From Promethearchaeota archaeon (GTDB lineage Archaea; Asgardarchaeota; Hermodarchaeia; Hermodarchaeales; Hermodarchaeaceae), in the NCBI GenBank assembly GCA_048938385.1, contig JBHLMG010000030.1:1-21469 (forward strand): a DNA stretch of 21,469 bases, given 5' to 3'. Both the position numbers and the translations under genes were made by a program. Each line of letters starts with the position of its first letter. The stretch's first letter is position 1. Below the pieces are notes generated by a model. That model saw only the letters and a list, made by a program, of their open reading frames with translations, did no database searches and was not told where the DNA came from. Of this stretch, positions 8,439 through 16,548 are shown one piece after another.

Positions 8439-8570
8439 AATTCCTGTTGTAGTTGCACTGCCCTGATGATCGTCGCTTATCGTGATGGGAAGCGGGAAGA
8501 GCCGCCCTGTTTGTGTTTCCAACAGAAGAACCGGGAACAGCGCGAACAGCTGAAGGTGTGGCGTCGGTAG
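8439..8570 (+). pseudogene. Displaced copy R5 of hydrogenase large subunit 3' tail
   Basis: Translates NSCCSCTALMIVAYRDGKREEPPCLCFQQKNREQREQLKVWRR*. 22/40 aa identical, ungapped, to R2; NSCCSCT aligns to DPCFSCT. Confidence 0.9.
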
Positions 8571-8705
8571 CGGTGTTTAAGGGGACGGCACAATGCGTGT
8601 TTTGGAGGCTTTCTGAAATGAGTGGAACGAGGTAGATATCATTTCAGCCTTCAGGATAGGATGTGTTCTCGATTACTTTGAGGAGGAGGCGAGTTTGGTT
8701 GTGGG

Positions 8706-9677
8706 CTATTTCTCGGGGAGGAGTGTCAAGAGAACCTCGAATGATTCTAGCTCCGGTTGGAGGGTGGCGAGGCTAGTGGCGAGGGGAACTTCGGTTCGGA
8801 AGGGGAAGGAGACGCGGAGAGGGATCTTAGCCCATCCAGCGGCTTGGGCTTCTTGTGCGATGGCGATGAGAAGGTATTGCCAGGCGTGCTGGTAGCCCGG
8901 GCGAATGGCAGTGAAGCGCATGATGATGCGTTCGTCGTCGCCAAGGAGAAATTGTTGATCAGGTTGGATGCGGAGAGCGGCGCTCGCGGCTACAGCTTGA
9001 TCGTTGTCGAAGATGAGGACAGCGTGATTGTCTTTAAGGACGCGATCTGTGAAGTACTGTTTCCAGGCCTCTTCTGTAGGGAATGCTTGGCGAATATAGG
9101 TATCTGCTTGGACGAGTTCGATTAAGAGGGCGAGATCGTTTAAAGTGGCTTTCCGACTCGTGAAGGCACTCTTACTTTTAGATTCTTGCCAGCTGCTGAC
9201 CTCGGTGATATCATAGTCGCGGTTATAGCGGTAAACCCGTTCTCGTTCGACAAAGCCTTTGGTCTTGAAGAACGCGAGTTGTTGATCAGCGATTTTGCTG
9301 GTCAGGACCACGGCGGTGCGGATTTCGCGAGTTGTTTCACGCGATTTGAGGTATGTGAGCATGTCGTTGAAAAGGCGGGTTTGGACTTCTGTGGGGGCGT
9401 TGGGCATGGTCCAGGGGTAGCCGATGTTGCTGCGTCCAATGTCAGTGTCAGAATCATACGCAGTGATATAGCCTAGGGGGTCACCCGTTTCGGTGAGGGC
9501 GTAGCGGGTCATTTCAGCGCCGCGGTTTATGTTGCGTTGTTCAATTTCTTCGGCGCGTGCGGGAAGCCCGGAGGCGGTGGTGTAGATTGTTGCTTGGAGT
9601 TCGCCTAAGCCTTTATTGGGTTCGAAGGTTTGATATTTAATTTTCAAAATGGTTCTAACTCCATGAGAACGACTCAA
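8706..9677 (-). CDS. Probable tandem GNAT-fold protein
   Basis: Two similar halves with GNAT-like order (GYITAY...IGYPW...FFKTKGF; SRKATLNDLALLIELV...IIMRFTAIRPGYQ). The true start may be TTG at 9647, after GGAG. Confidence 0.55.
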   Translation of the reverse strand: MSRSHGVRTILKIKYQTFEPNKGLGELQATIYTTASGLPARAEEIEQRNINRGAEMTRYALTETGDPLGYITAYDSDTDIGRSNIGYPWTMPNAPTEVQTRLFNDMLTYLKSRETTREIRTAVVLTSKIADQQLAFFKTKGFVERERVYRYNRDYDITEVSSWQESKSKSAFTSRKATLNDLALLIELVQADTYIRQAFPTEEAWKQYFTDRVLKDNHAVLIFDNDQAVAASAALRIQPDQQFLLGDDERIIMRFTAIRPGYQHAWQYLLIAIAQEAQAAGWAKIPLRVSFPFRTEVPLATSLATLQPELESFEVLLTLLPEK

Positions 9678-9810
9678 TTGTTCTCATATTTTGCGAATAT
9701 AATATCATCTAATGTCTTATAATTATTGCTATGTGAGAACAGTAAATAACTCAGGGCGCATGCAACACATAGGGACCAGGCGCGCCATTCAACACAAGTT
9801 AATGAGCTCT

Positions 9811-10878
9811 TTATCCAAGGGCTACATCCGGCAAGTGATTGGTGAGGTATTCATAGTCCTGCCGAGTTTTAACGAAAACCCTAAGGTTGCCGAGCCGAAG
9901 ATTGACGAGGCCCTGTTGTTGCATGGCCTGAGCGCTTTCAACCATTTCGTGAATAGTAGGCGGTCGTACCTGTGAGAGTTTGTAAGAGGGGAAGAAGGCG
10001 AGAAGAGTAGTGGGAATGGTTGGATCGGTATCAGCGACTAGTTGGGCTATGGTGGTGTGTTGATCGGTTTCCACCCATTTCGGAATGTAGAGGGTGAGGA
10101 TTTCCAACACGAAGCCGGCTTCGTAGCTGAGTGCAATGGCGTCTAAGACCGTCTGGTTGGAGGTGCCACAGAGTTTCTTATAGATTTTAGGATCAGAGGC
10201 TTTGATGTCAAGCCAGAAGGCATCCACACCGCCGTCCTTCAGGAGGGTCAAGTTGTGTGAGGTGAGAGCGTAGCCATTGGTTTCGAAAAGGACCCACATA
10301 TCGTTGCCGGCGACCTCTTTGATAGCGCGGGCCGCTTCAGCGTAGTATTCGGGACGACACCCCAAATCTCCTCCCGTAAAAGCGATGATATTACGGGCGG
10401 GCCCATAGCCTTGGACGGATAGCGTTACTTGCGTGGAATCGAGGTTCTGGGGGCATTGGGGTGAGGGGAGGCCAGATAGCCGGCAGGATCCACAATGTCG
10501 GCAGAGGGTGCCGGCGTGCCACATGGTAGCCCGTTTTCGGGGCTCCCACACGGTTACTTCTTGTCGATAGTCTTTAGCGATGAGGGCTAGGTCAGTGGTG
10601 GAGATCCACTCGCCATTCGCGGTTTTGCTAAACGCCGCAGAATGGCATTTCAAACATGTATGATTGCAGCCGCTCTGGTATACTGAGAAGTAGTCCTCGG
10701 GTCGGCTAAGATGCATCGAGCGGATAAGCCGTTCGAAGACGCCTTGCTCGCTTTTTCGGAGGGTGACCTGGCAAGCTGGTTGCAATTGGCCATCATGGGT
10801 TCGGGTTAGGCAGGCTCCGCGCTCAAGTCCTTGCCCTTTGAGTGGGCATTTCATACCACATAGAGTATACAGCTCCAA
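9811..10878 (-). CDS. Radical SAM protein, PFL-activating-enzyme-like
   Basis: CNHTCLKC (CxxxCxxC), FTGGD, ETNG, WLDIKA; additional Cys clusters. Confidence 0.88.
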   Translation of the reverse strand: MELYTLCGMKCPLKGQGLERGACLTRTHDGQLQPACQVTLRKSEQGVFERLIRSMHLSRPEDYFSVYQSGCNHTCLKCHSAAFSKTANGEWISTTDLALIAKDYRQEVTVWEPRKRATMWHAGTLCRHCGSCRLSGLPSPQCPQNLDSTQVTLSVQGYGPARNIIAFTGGDLGCRPEYYAEAARAIKEVAGNDMWVLFETNGYALTSHNLTLLKDGGVDAFWLDIKASDPKIYKKLCGTSNQTVLDAIALSYEAGFVLEILTLYIPKWVETDQHTTIAQLVADTDPTIPTTLLAFFPSYKLSQVRPPTIHEMVESAQAMQQQGLVNLRLGNLRVFVKTRQDYEYLTNHLPDVALG

Positions 10879-10942
10879 GGTTTTTGGATGCTACGCTGTG
10901 ATGTAATTTCAGAATCGGAAGAGGGGAGTGTTTGCTGGTTTT

Positions 10943-11464
10943 TTAGTAGCGTCTGTACTTATGGTAGTTAGGATCATAGATGCGAGTGGAATCAAGGGGA
11001 CCTGCTGTACTGGAATGAGTGCGGGTTAAGTATTCGTAGAGGAAGGTAGGTTTGCCTGCGAGTTTGAGGCGTTCGAGGTTGGTGGCAATGACGCTACTGT
11101 GATTGACCCAGATGATGAGGGCTTCGTCGCAGGCGTCGATCATGCCTTTTTCTCGTTCGGTCACATTGTCTCCGTATTGAGTGGTGGTCCAGTTGCCGGC
11201 GTTGTAGCGGATGCTGCGGGCGTGTCCCACGATCACCTTCTGGTAGCCTTTAGAGCATAGGTAGTCTTGGAAGGCGCGGTTGGCACCGGGCGCTTCTCCG
11301 ACCAGGATCGTCCACTGTTTGGTAAGGGCGCTATCGAGTTGGGCTTTCACCTCAGGGGGTAACTCTTTATCCCCGAAGGCTTTGCTCCCCATGCAAAGCA
11401 GGGTTTTACCACGGGACATCGCAGTATTCTCTCTTGGTAACTTGCTACACTGTTCTCGTTCCAT
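10943..11464 (-). CDS. Hypothetical protein, SLOG-superfamily-like Rossmannoid fold
   Basis: Pattern GSK...ILVGEAPGANRAFQDYL...EKGMIDACDEALIIW...GKP resembles SLOG/DprA-like small proteins. Alternative start at 11419. Confidence 0.5.
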   Translation of the reverse strand: MEREQCSKLPRENTAMSRGKTLLCMGSKAFGDKELPPEVKAQLDSALTKQWTILVGEAPGANRAFQDYLCSKGYQKVIVGHARSIRYNAGNWTTTQYGDNVTEREKGMIDACDEALIIWVNHSSVIATNLERLKLAGKPTFLYEYLTRTHSSTAGPLDSTRIYDPNYHKYRRY

Positions 11465-11498
11465 CCCTCAAAAGGACTTGCATCTCTGTTTGGGAAGG

Positions 11499-11543
11499 AA
11501 AAAATACAGGAAAAAGAGGGGGAGAGGACGCGCAAGGCGTCCT
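11499..11543 (-). terminator. Stem-loop plus pyrimidine/U tract terminator
   Basis: AGGACGC/GCGTCCT 7-bp stem (11525-11543) just after the stop at 11548, followed on the minus strand by CTCCCCCTCTTTTTCCTGTATTTTTT. Confidence 0.65.
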
Positions 11544-11547
11544 TCAG

Positions 11548-14283
11548 CTAGGAATTATGGTGTTTTCTGCGACGAGTGATCAAGCCTAATCCCACAGCAA
11601 TGATAGCGCCGAGGGCAATGGCTTCGATGGGGAAGCCGGGAATCGGTGGAAGGGGCAGGGTAACAGTGATAGCTTCATCGTTACTCCAGGGACCCGCTTC
11701 ACCGTCGTCGTCTACGGCGCGCACTCGGAAGTGGTAGGTACCATCTGTAAATCCACTGATAGCTTGGGTGGTGGATGTGGGGGTCCAAGTGTCTAAGATC
11801 GTGGTAAAGGTGGCGGAGTCGCTTACTTGAAGCTCGTAGTGGTCGATGGAGCCATCGTCGGTGCTGGTACTCCAGGACACATCGAAGGCGCCGTCATCAT
11901 CACTGTCACCAGGATCAGTAAGAACGGGCGCTGTGGGGAGGTCGTTGTATTCGTAGATGATGTTGACATCGTAGAGGTGGACACTGCGATCATCGACTGG
12001 TGTGGCAAGAATTGCCCGCCAGCGTAGGTCGTTGCCAGTGTTGGTGAAGCTGTGTTCTACTCCTGGTGTCACTGGTTCCCAGTGGACGCCACCGTCGGCG
12101 GAGAGCTCGAAGTTAAGCGTGGTGCCTGGTGCTAGGTAGACGGTGTGGGTGAGTGTAGCGTTCTCGATGAGGCGATCCGTTGTGTCAACTTCTAGGGACA
12201 CGGCTTGACATGGACCAGGTACATAGGTGGCAGCAGCGCTTCGGAAGAGCCGTAAGATCACAAGAGATGACCGGTTGGCTACATAGGCGTAGTCACCGTG
12301 TACGGTGACATGGGTTGCCGCGGTTGCCGCAGCATATGTGACGAGGACATTGACATCGTAGACATTGGTGGCATTTACGATGCGGACGCCGCCGCTACCA
12401 CGAGCGCTGACTATGTAGGGTCCAAAGCCCCATACACCCCTGGAGGGGTCAGTAGTAGAATAGATGGTATCAGGATAGCTGATGCTGGTGGGGTCGGTGA
12501 CATTACGCACGGATAACCAGTCTTCGTTGGCACAGTAGGCAAAATCACCGTCAACGAAGATGTCCCAATGATAGCTCTGGAGGGCATATGAACCGAGAAG
12601 GTTGGGATTGCTGATATCGGTGATGTCATAGATCCTAAAGCCTGTGCCGACACCGTTGAGGTCTTCGACGATGTAGAGGTTAGGGCCTTGAACCCACAGA
12701 GCTGTCATGTTGGTGGCAATGCCGGCCCAGTTGAAGATGATACCAATGTTATAGGGGTCGGAGATATTGAGCGCGCCAAAGCCCGTGGTGAAGGTGTAGA
12801 ATACCACCTCGCCATGCATGAAGACATCGATACAACCACCGGCTACGGCAGTATCTGTTATTTTGATATTGCTGGGATCAAGGACATCGATGAGGTAGAA
12901 GGTTCCACCTCCTGCATATGAGAAACAACTGGCAAGGTGTCCTTGTACATCCAACTTGACAACATTTACAGCACCGGGATCGTATTGATCCAGGAGCACT
13001 GGATTGCTTGGATCGCTGACATCGAGGGTGAGGAAACCATCGGGTCCCGCGGCTACATATGCAACATCACCCTGGACTCGCACATCCCACGCTTCAAAAG
13101 CGAGGTAGGTGCCGATTAGGGGTAATGCGGCGAGGTTATAGCCAATTCGGAGGGTGTAAACTCCTGTATTGGTGGCAACAACAACATCGCCACCATACAG
13201 ATCTACATCGTAGGTGTAGGGTAAAATGGCACGGTCTACATATGTCGGATGGGTGGGGTCTGCGACATCCAGGATTACGAGGCCGTTAGTGCCATCTGCT
13301 ACGAAGAGGGTGTGTCCTTGCAAGGCTAAGTTGCGAGCGTTACCCGCGGTGTCGTAACTACCGATGATCGTGGGACTATTTGGGTCACTGACATCCACGA
13401 CTTGAACGCCACTAGGGCCATCAGCGACATAGGCGATGGTCCCATCGACGAGGACCGAGGTGGCGTTGCCAGGCGTGTTCACGGATCCTTGGATGAAAGG
13501 GCTATAGGGATCGGAGACATTGGAAATCTTTAAGCCATAGGTACTGTGCGCTAGGTAAGCCAGCTGGCCAACGACATGGAAGTCCAAAAGTTGTGCATAC
13601 GCCCAGGAGTGGACTTGGTGGATGTCGTACGGGTCTTCCACATCGTAGATGAGGAATCGTCCATTAAGCTCTTTAGCCGCGACATAGAGGAAATGGCCTT
13701 GCACATCCAGCCCTACTGGAATTCCTCCAATGTCATAGACATAATCAGCCGGTGATGGAATTGTATAGGGATCACTGACATTGTAGAGAAAGAGGTCACC
13801 ATCTCCATCGTTGCTCATGTCACAGCCAACATAAAGGATGTCACCTTCCACCTGAAGATCATAGGCGTAGACGGGTGCGTCCCTATATGCGAATTGGGCG
13901 ATGTTATTGGGATCTGAGATGTTTAAAATATAAAGAACTGGTAAACTAAATCCTGTTTCGTAGACGCAGATGTAGGCTTTGCGTCCTTGGACATCGACAG
14001 AGCGGACAGGTTTGGGAGTGGCAAAGTAGTCAAGAGACTGGATGTTGTAGGTGCGAGGATTCGTGATAGCACCATTTCCCCAACCGTCAGCATTCGTAGC
14101 ACCCAAGTCTTGGTAAGTAGTGGTGGTGAAGTCTTCAAAGTAACTGTCAACCCCGGGTGGAGGAGCAAGCTGAGTTGTCACTGAGTTCGATGTTGTAATT
14201 GAGGGAGCGTAAGTAAAGGTTGCAAGCGGAAGTAGAGTTAGGAAAAATAATACAAATACGATATTCAATTTTTTCAGAAACAT
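11548..14283 (-). CDS. Cell-surface LVIVD-repeat (beta-propeller) protein with Fn3 domain and PGF-type C-terminal sorting signal
   Basis: Signal peptide; many repeats like AYVADGPSGVQVVDVSDPNSP; Fn3-like VSWS...YELQ...YHFRVRAVD; C-terminal IPGF + TM + RRRK. GGAGG upstream of the ATG. Confidence 0.88.
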   Translation of the reverse strand: MFLKKLNIVFVLFFLTLLPLATFTYAPSITTSNSVTTQLAPPPGVDSYFEDFTTTTYQDLGATNADGWGNGAITNPRTYNIQSLDYFATPKPVRSVDVQGRKAYICVYETGFSLPVLYILNISDPNNIAQFAYRDAPVYAYDLQVEGDILYVGCDMSNDGDGDLFLYNVSDPYTIPSPADYVYDIGGIPVGLDVQGHFLYVAAKELNGRFLIYDVEDPYDIHQVHSWAYAQLLDFHVVGQLAYLAHSTYGLKISNVSDPYSPFIQGSVNTPGNATSVLVDGTIAYVADGPSGVQVVDVSDPNSPTIIGSYDTAGNARNLALQGHTLFVADGTNGLVILDVADPTHPTYVDRAILPYTYDVDLYGGDVVVATNTGVYTLRIGYNLAALPLIGTYLAFEAWDVRVQGDVAYVAAGPDGFLTLDVSDPSNPVLLDQYDPGAVNVVKLDVQGHLASCFSYAGGGTFYLIDVLDPSNIKITDTAVAGGCIDVFMHGEVVFYTFTTGFGALNISDPYNIGIIFNWAGIATNMTALWVQGPNLYIVEDLNGVGTGFRIYDITDISNPNLLGSYALQSYHWDIFVDGDFAYCANEDWLSVRNVTDPTSISYPDTIYSTTDPSRGVWGFGPYIVSARGSGGVRIVNATNVYDVNVLVTYAAATAATHVTVHGDYAYVANRSSLVILRLFRSAAATYVPGPCQAVSLEVDTTDRLIENATLTHTVYLAPGTTLNFELSADGGVHWEPVTPGVEHSFTNTGNDLRWRAILATPVDDRSVHLYDVNIIYEYNDLPTAPVLTDPGDSDDDGAFDVSWSTSTDDGSIDHYELQVSDSATFTTILDTWTPTSTTQAISGFTDGTYHFRVRAVDDDGEAGPWSNDEAITVTLPLPPIPGFPIEAIALGAIIAVGLGLITRRRKHHNS

Positions 14284-14408
14284 GTTACCTTCCTCCCTGA
14301 GGAAGTTACACTACTAAGAGGGCTTCAAATACTTAAATTAACAACAGCAGGGGAAATGTTCCTGGATTATGAATGGTGAGAAGTGAGGGGGTGTGATGTC
14401 TGGTGTGG

Positions 14409-14729
14409 TTAGTCTGGAAAGACTCCAGGAGGGCGTAGTGAGTGGATTACGGGTATGAGAAAGACAATGATGACACCCAAGAGGACAAAGGATAGTCCTC
14501 CGTACACGAAGTACAAACCAAGGGGACTGAAAGGCTTGTAGCGTTCAACGAGTCCGCAAAACACCCAGAAGAAAACCCCGATAGCTGTACAAAGAAGCCC
14601 AGCTATGACTGCTAGGAGACCGAAGCTAGTGAGTGTATTTCCAATGAAAATGTTTACGAGTAGTAGAACAGGAAGTAGAAGGCCAAACACGACAAGGCTC
14701 GCGATTCGAAAAGCCCTTACATACATCAA
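14409..14729 (-). CDS. Small 3-TM membrane protein
   Basis: 106 aa with three hydrophobic segments; fills the gap co-directionally with its neighbours. Confidence 0.6.
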   Translation of the reverse strand: MMYVRAFRIASLVVFGLLLPVLLLVNIFIGNTLTSFGLLAVIAGLLCTAIGVFFWVFCGLVERYKPFSPLGLYFVYGGLSFVLLGVIIVFLIPVIHSLRPPGVFPD

Positions 14730-14895
14730 GGCATCCCCTTGTTAATGCCCTTCCTGGTGATTTCATATAAAGGCTGCCACAGCCAGCAGAAAAAACCTGA
14801 ATATATAGGGATTCTTTACGAGCCTTCTTGGAACGATTTTTGCGCTAGAAAATTGTGGTAGTAGAAGGTTTTTTTAGCAGAAGTATCTCATAGGT

Positions 14896-16080
14896 GTGAC
14901 CCACTGGAGTGTGCCCTACATGGTGCTGACAACGATTATGCTCATCCTCATGATTGTGATCTTCCCTGGATTCCTCTTCTTGTTGGGTTATGCTTTCTAC
15001 CTGGAATGGGTTGATCGCAAATTCTATGCCGATCAACAACACCGAATTGGCCCCTTTCATACTGGTTGGCGGGGTATCCTGCAACCTTTTGCAGATTTTG
15101 TGAAACTCTTGGCCAAAGAGGATATCACACCTGTAGCTGCAGACAAGATAGGCTTTACATTGACACCTATCCTCGCGCTGGCGATTCCCCTCACTACACT
15201 GTTACTTGTCCCAATTTTCGGACCCTGGGTGTACATGTACACTACCCCTGGAACAGTACTACCCGTCTCCGGTGTCCTGTTCTTTGAAGGCGACTTGCTG
15301 ATGATTGGCTTCTTCAGCACCATGTTCTCCATGATTCTGTTCATCGCTGGCTGGTCTTCCTCGAACCGCTTCGGTTTTACCGGAGCCGTCCGTGGCGTCA
15401 TTCAAATGCTCGCCTTTGAGATTCCCATGTTGCTAGGCCTCTTTGCAGCTGGTATGGTTGCCGGCAGCTTGAGCCTGACCAATGTTGTACTGTATCAAGC
15501 CAATCTGGGCCTACCGCTTATCTTTCACCCGGCGTTCTTCGGGCTCTTTATCATCTTCATCTTTGCGGGACAAGCCGAAGCAGAACGCCTTCCGTTTGAC
15601 GCCCCCATCGCTGAAACTGAAATTGTAGGTGGTTGGGAAACGGAGTTCTCCGGAAAGAAACTCGCCTTTTTCCGTCTCTCCAACAACTTGGAGCTTCTCC
15701 TGATTTCCGGTCTTGCAACAGCCACCTTCCTTGGTGGACCTCTAGGTCCTGAAATCTTCCTTATCTTCATTAACAACGGCTTCTGGACACCCGTTACCTT
15801 TTACTCTGGCGAATATGTGACCTTCATCGCTGCTACCATGCCCTACCTGCTAAATCCCTTTATTGGCGCTATCTATTACACCTTCTGGTTCATCGTTAAA
15901 ACCACCATCGTGGTCCTCATCTTATCTAATTTGAAGGGTCTCTTAGCCAGATGGCGCATCGATCAAATCGCCCACTTAAGCTGGAAATGGGCCATCCCTG
16001 CCAGTCTTCTCATGGTCGCGCTGATTTTAGTCTGGCCATGGATTATGAACTGGTTCTTAGCCCTTCCTTTCATCCCCTAA
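14896..16080 (+). CDS. NuoH/HycD/EchB-like membrane subunit of a group 4 hydrogenase or complex I-like module
   Basis: DRKFYADQQHRIGP, GILQPFADFVKLLAKEDI, RLPFDAPIAETEIVGGWETEFSG, ARWRIDQ. ATG at 14920 is a likely start. Confidence 0.93.
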   Translation: MTHWSVPYMVLTTIMLILMIVIFPGFLFLLGYAFYLEWVDRKFYADQQHRIGPFHTGWRGILQPFADFVKLLAKEDITPVAADKIGFTLTPILALAIPLTTLLLVPIFGPWVYMYTTPGTVLPVSGVLFFEGDLLMIGFFSTMFSMILFIAGWSSSNRFGFTGAVRGVIQMLAFEIPMLLGLFAAGMVAGSLSLTNVVLYQANLGLPLIFHPAFFGLFIIFIFAGQAEAERLPFDAPIAETEIVGGWETEFSGKKLAFFRLSNNLELLLISGLATATFLGGPLGPEIFLIFINNGFWTPVTFYSGEYVTFIAATMPYLLNPFIGAIYYTFWFIVKTTIVVLILSNLKGLLARWRIDQIAHLSWKWAIPASLLMVALILVWPWIMNWFLALPFIP

Positions 16081-16098
16081 GGAGTGTGAAAAACGAAT

Positions 16099-16494
16099 AT
16101 GCCACGAATTGGAGCAATGGAAGGCGAAATCCTCAAGACTGTCCTCAGTCGGAAGACTGCCACCATCCGCTACCCCTTTCAACCAGCAGTTCGCCCTGAA
16201 CGATTTCGCGGAAAAATCGAACACGACATCGAAAAATGCACTGGCTGCGGGCTTTGCAGCCGTGACTGTCCTGCCACTGCTATCACAATGGTCGAATCCA
16301 CAAAAACCAAAACACAAAAGAAGCCTGAATTCCGCTTCGACCGCTGTATTTTCTGTGGCACCTGTGAAGCGGTTTGCCCGAAAAAGGCGATTACGATGTC
16401 GACGGTCTTTGAGATGGCGTCCTTTGATTTGCAGGATCCAAACCTAATTGTGGTGTCAGAGGATCCTGAGCCCGCTGAAAAGGCTGAGGAGTAA
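16099..16494 (+). CDS. NuoI/HycF/EchF-like 2x[4Fe-4S] ferredoxin subunit
   Basis: TIRYPF...RFRG, CTGCGLCSRDCP, CIFCGTCEAVCP; 18 bp after the NuoH-like gene. Confidence 0.93.
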   Translation: MPRIGAMEGEILKTVLSRKTATIRYPFQPAVRPERFRGKIEHDIEKCTGCGLCSRDCPATAITMVESTKTKTQKKPEFRFDRCIFCGTCEAVCPKKAITMSTVFEMASFDLQDPNLIVVSEDPEPAEKAEE

Positions 16495-16548
16495 TTCATT
16501 CATTCGACTGGCACTAGCCATTCAGAGCGGAAAGTAGGTTGGCGAGGA

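Noticed and set aside
2353-8570. Intergenic repeats as integron attC sites or CRISPR repeats
   Set aside because: They lack attC-style paired inverted boxes, are spaced 0.6-2.2 kb apart, vary in length and translate into the hydrogenase C-terminus. No intI or cas gene is seen.
11521-11550. GAGGACGCGCAAGGCGTCC as a sixth tail remnant
   Set aside because: Superficial similarity only; it lacks W-R-R-stop and is better explained as a terminator hairpin.
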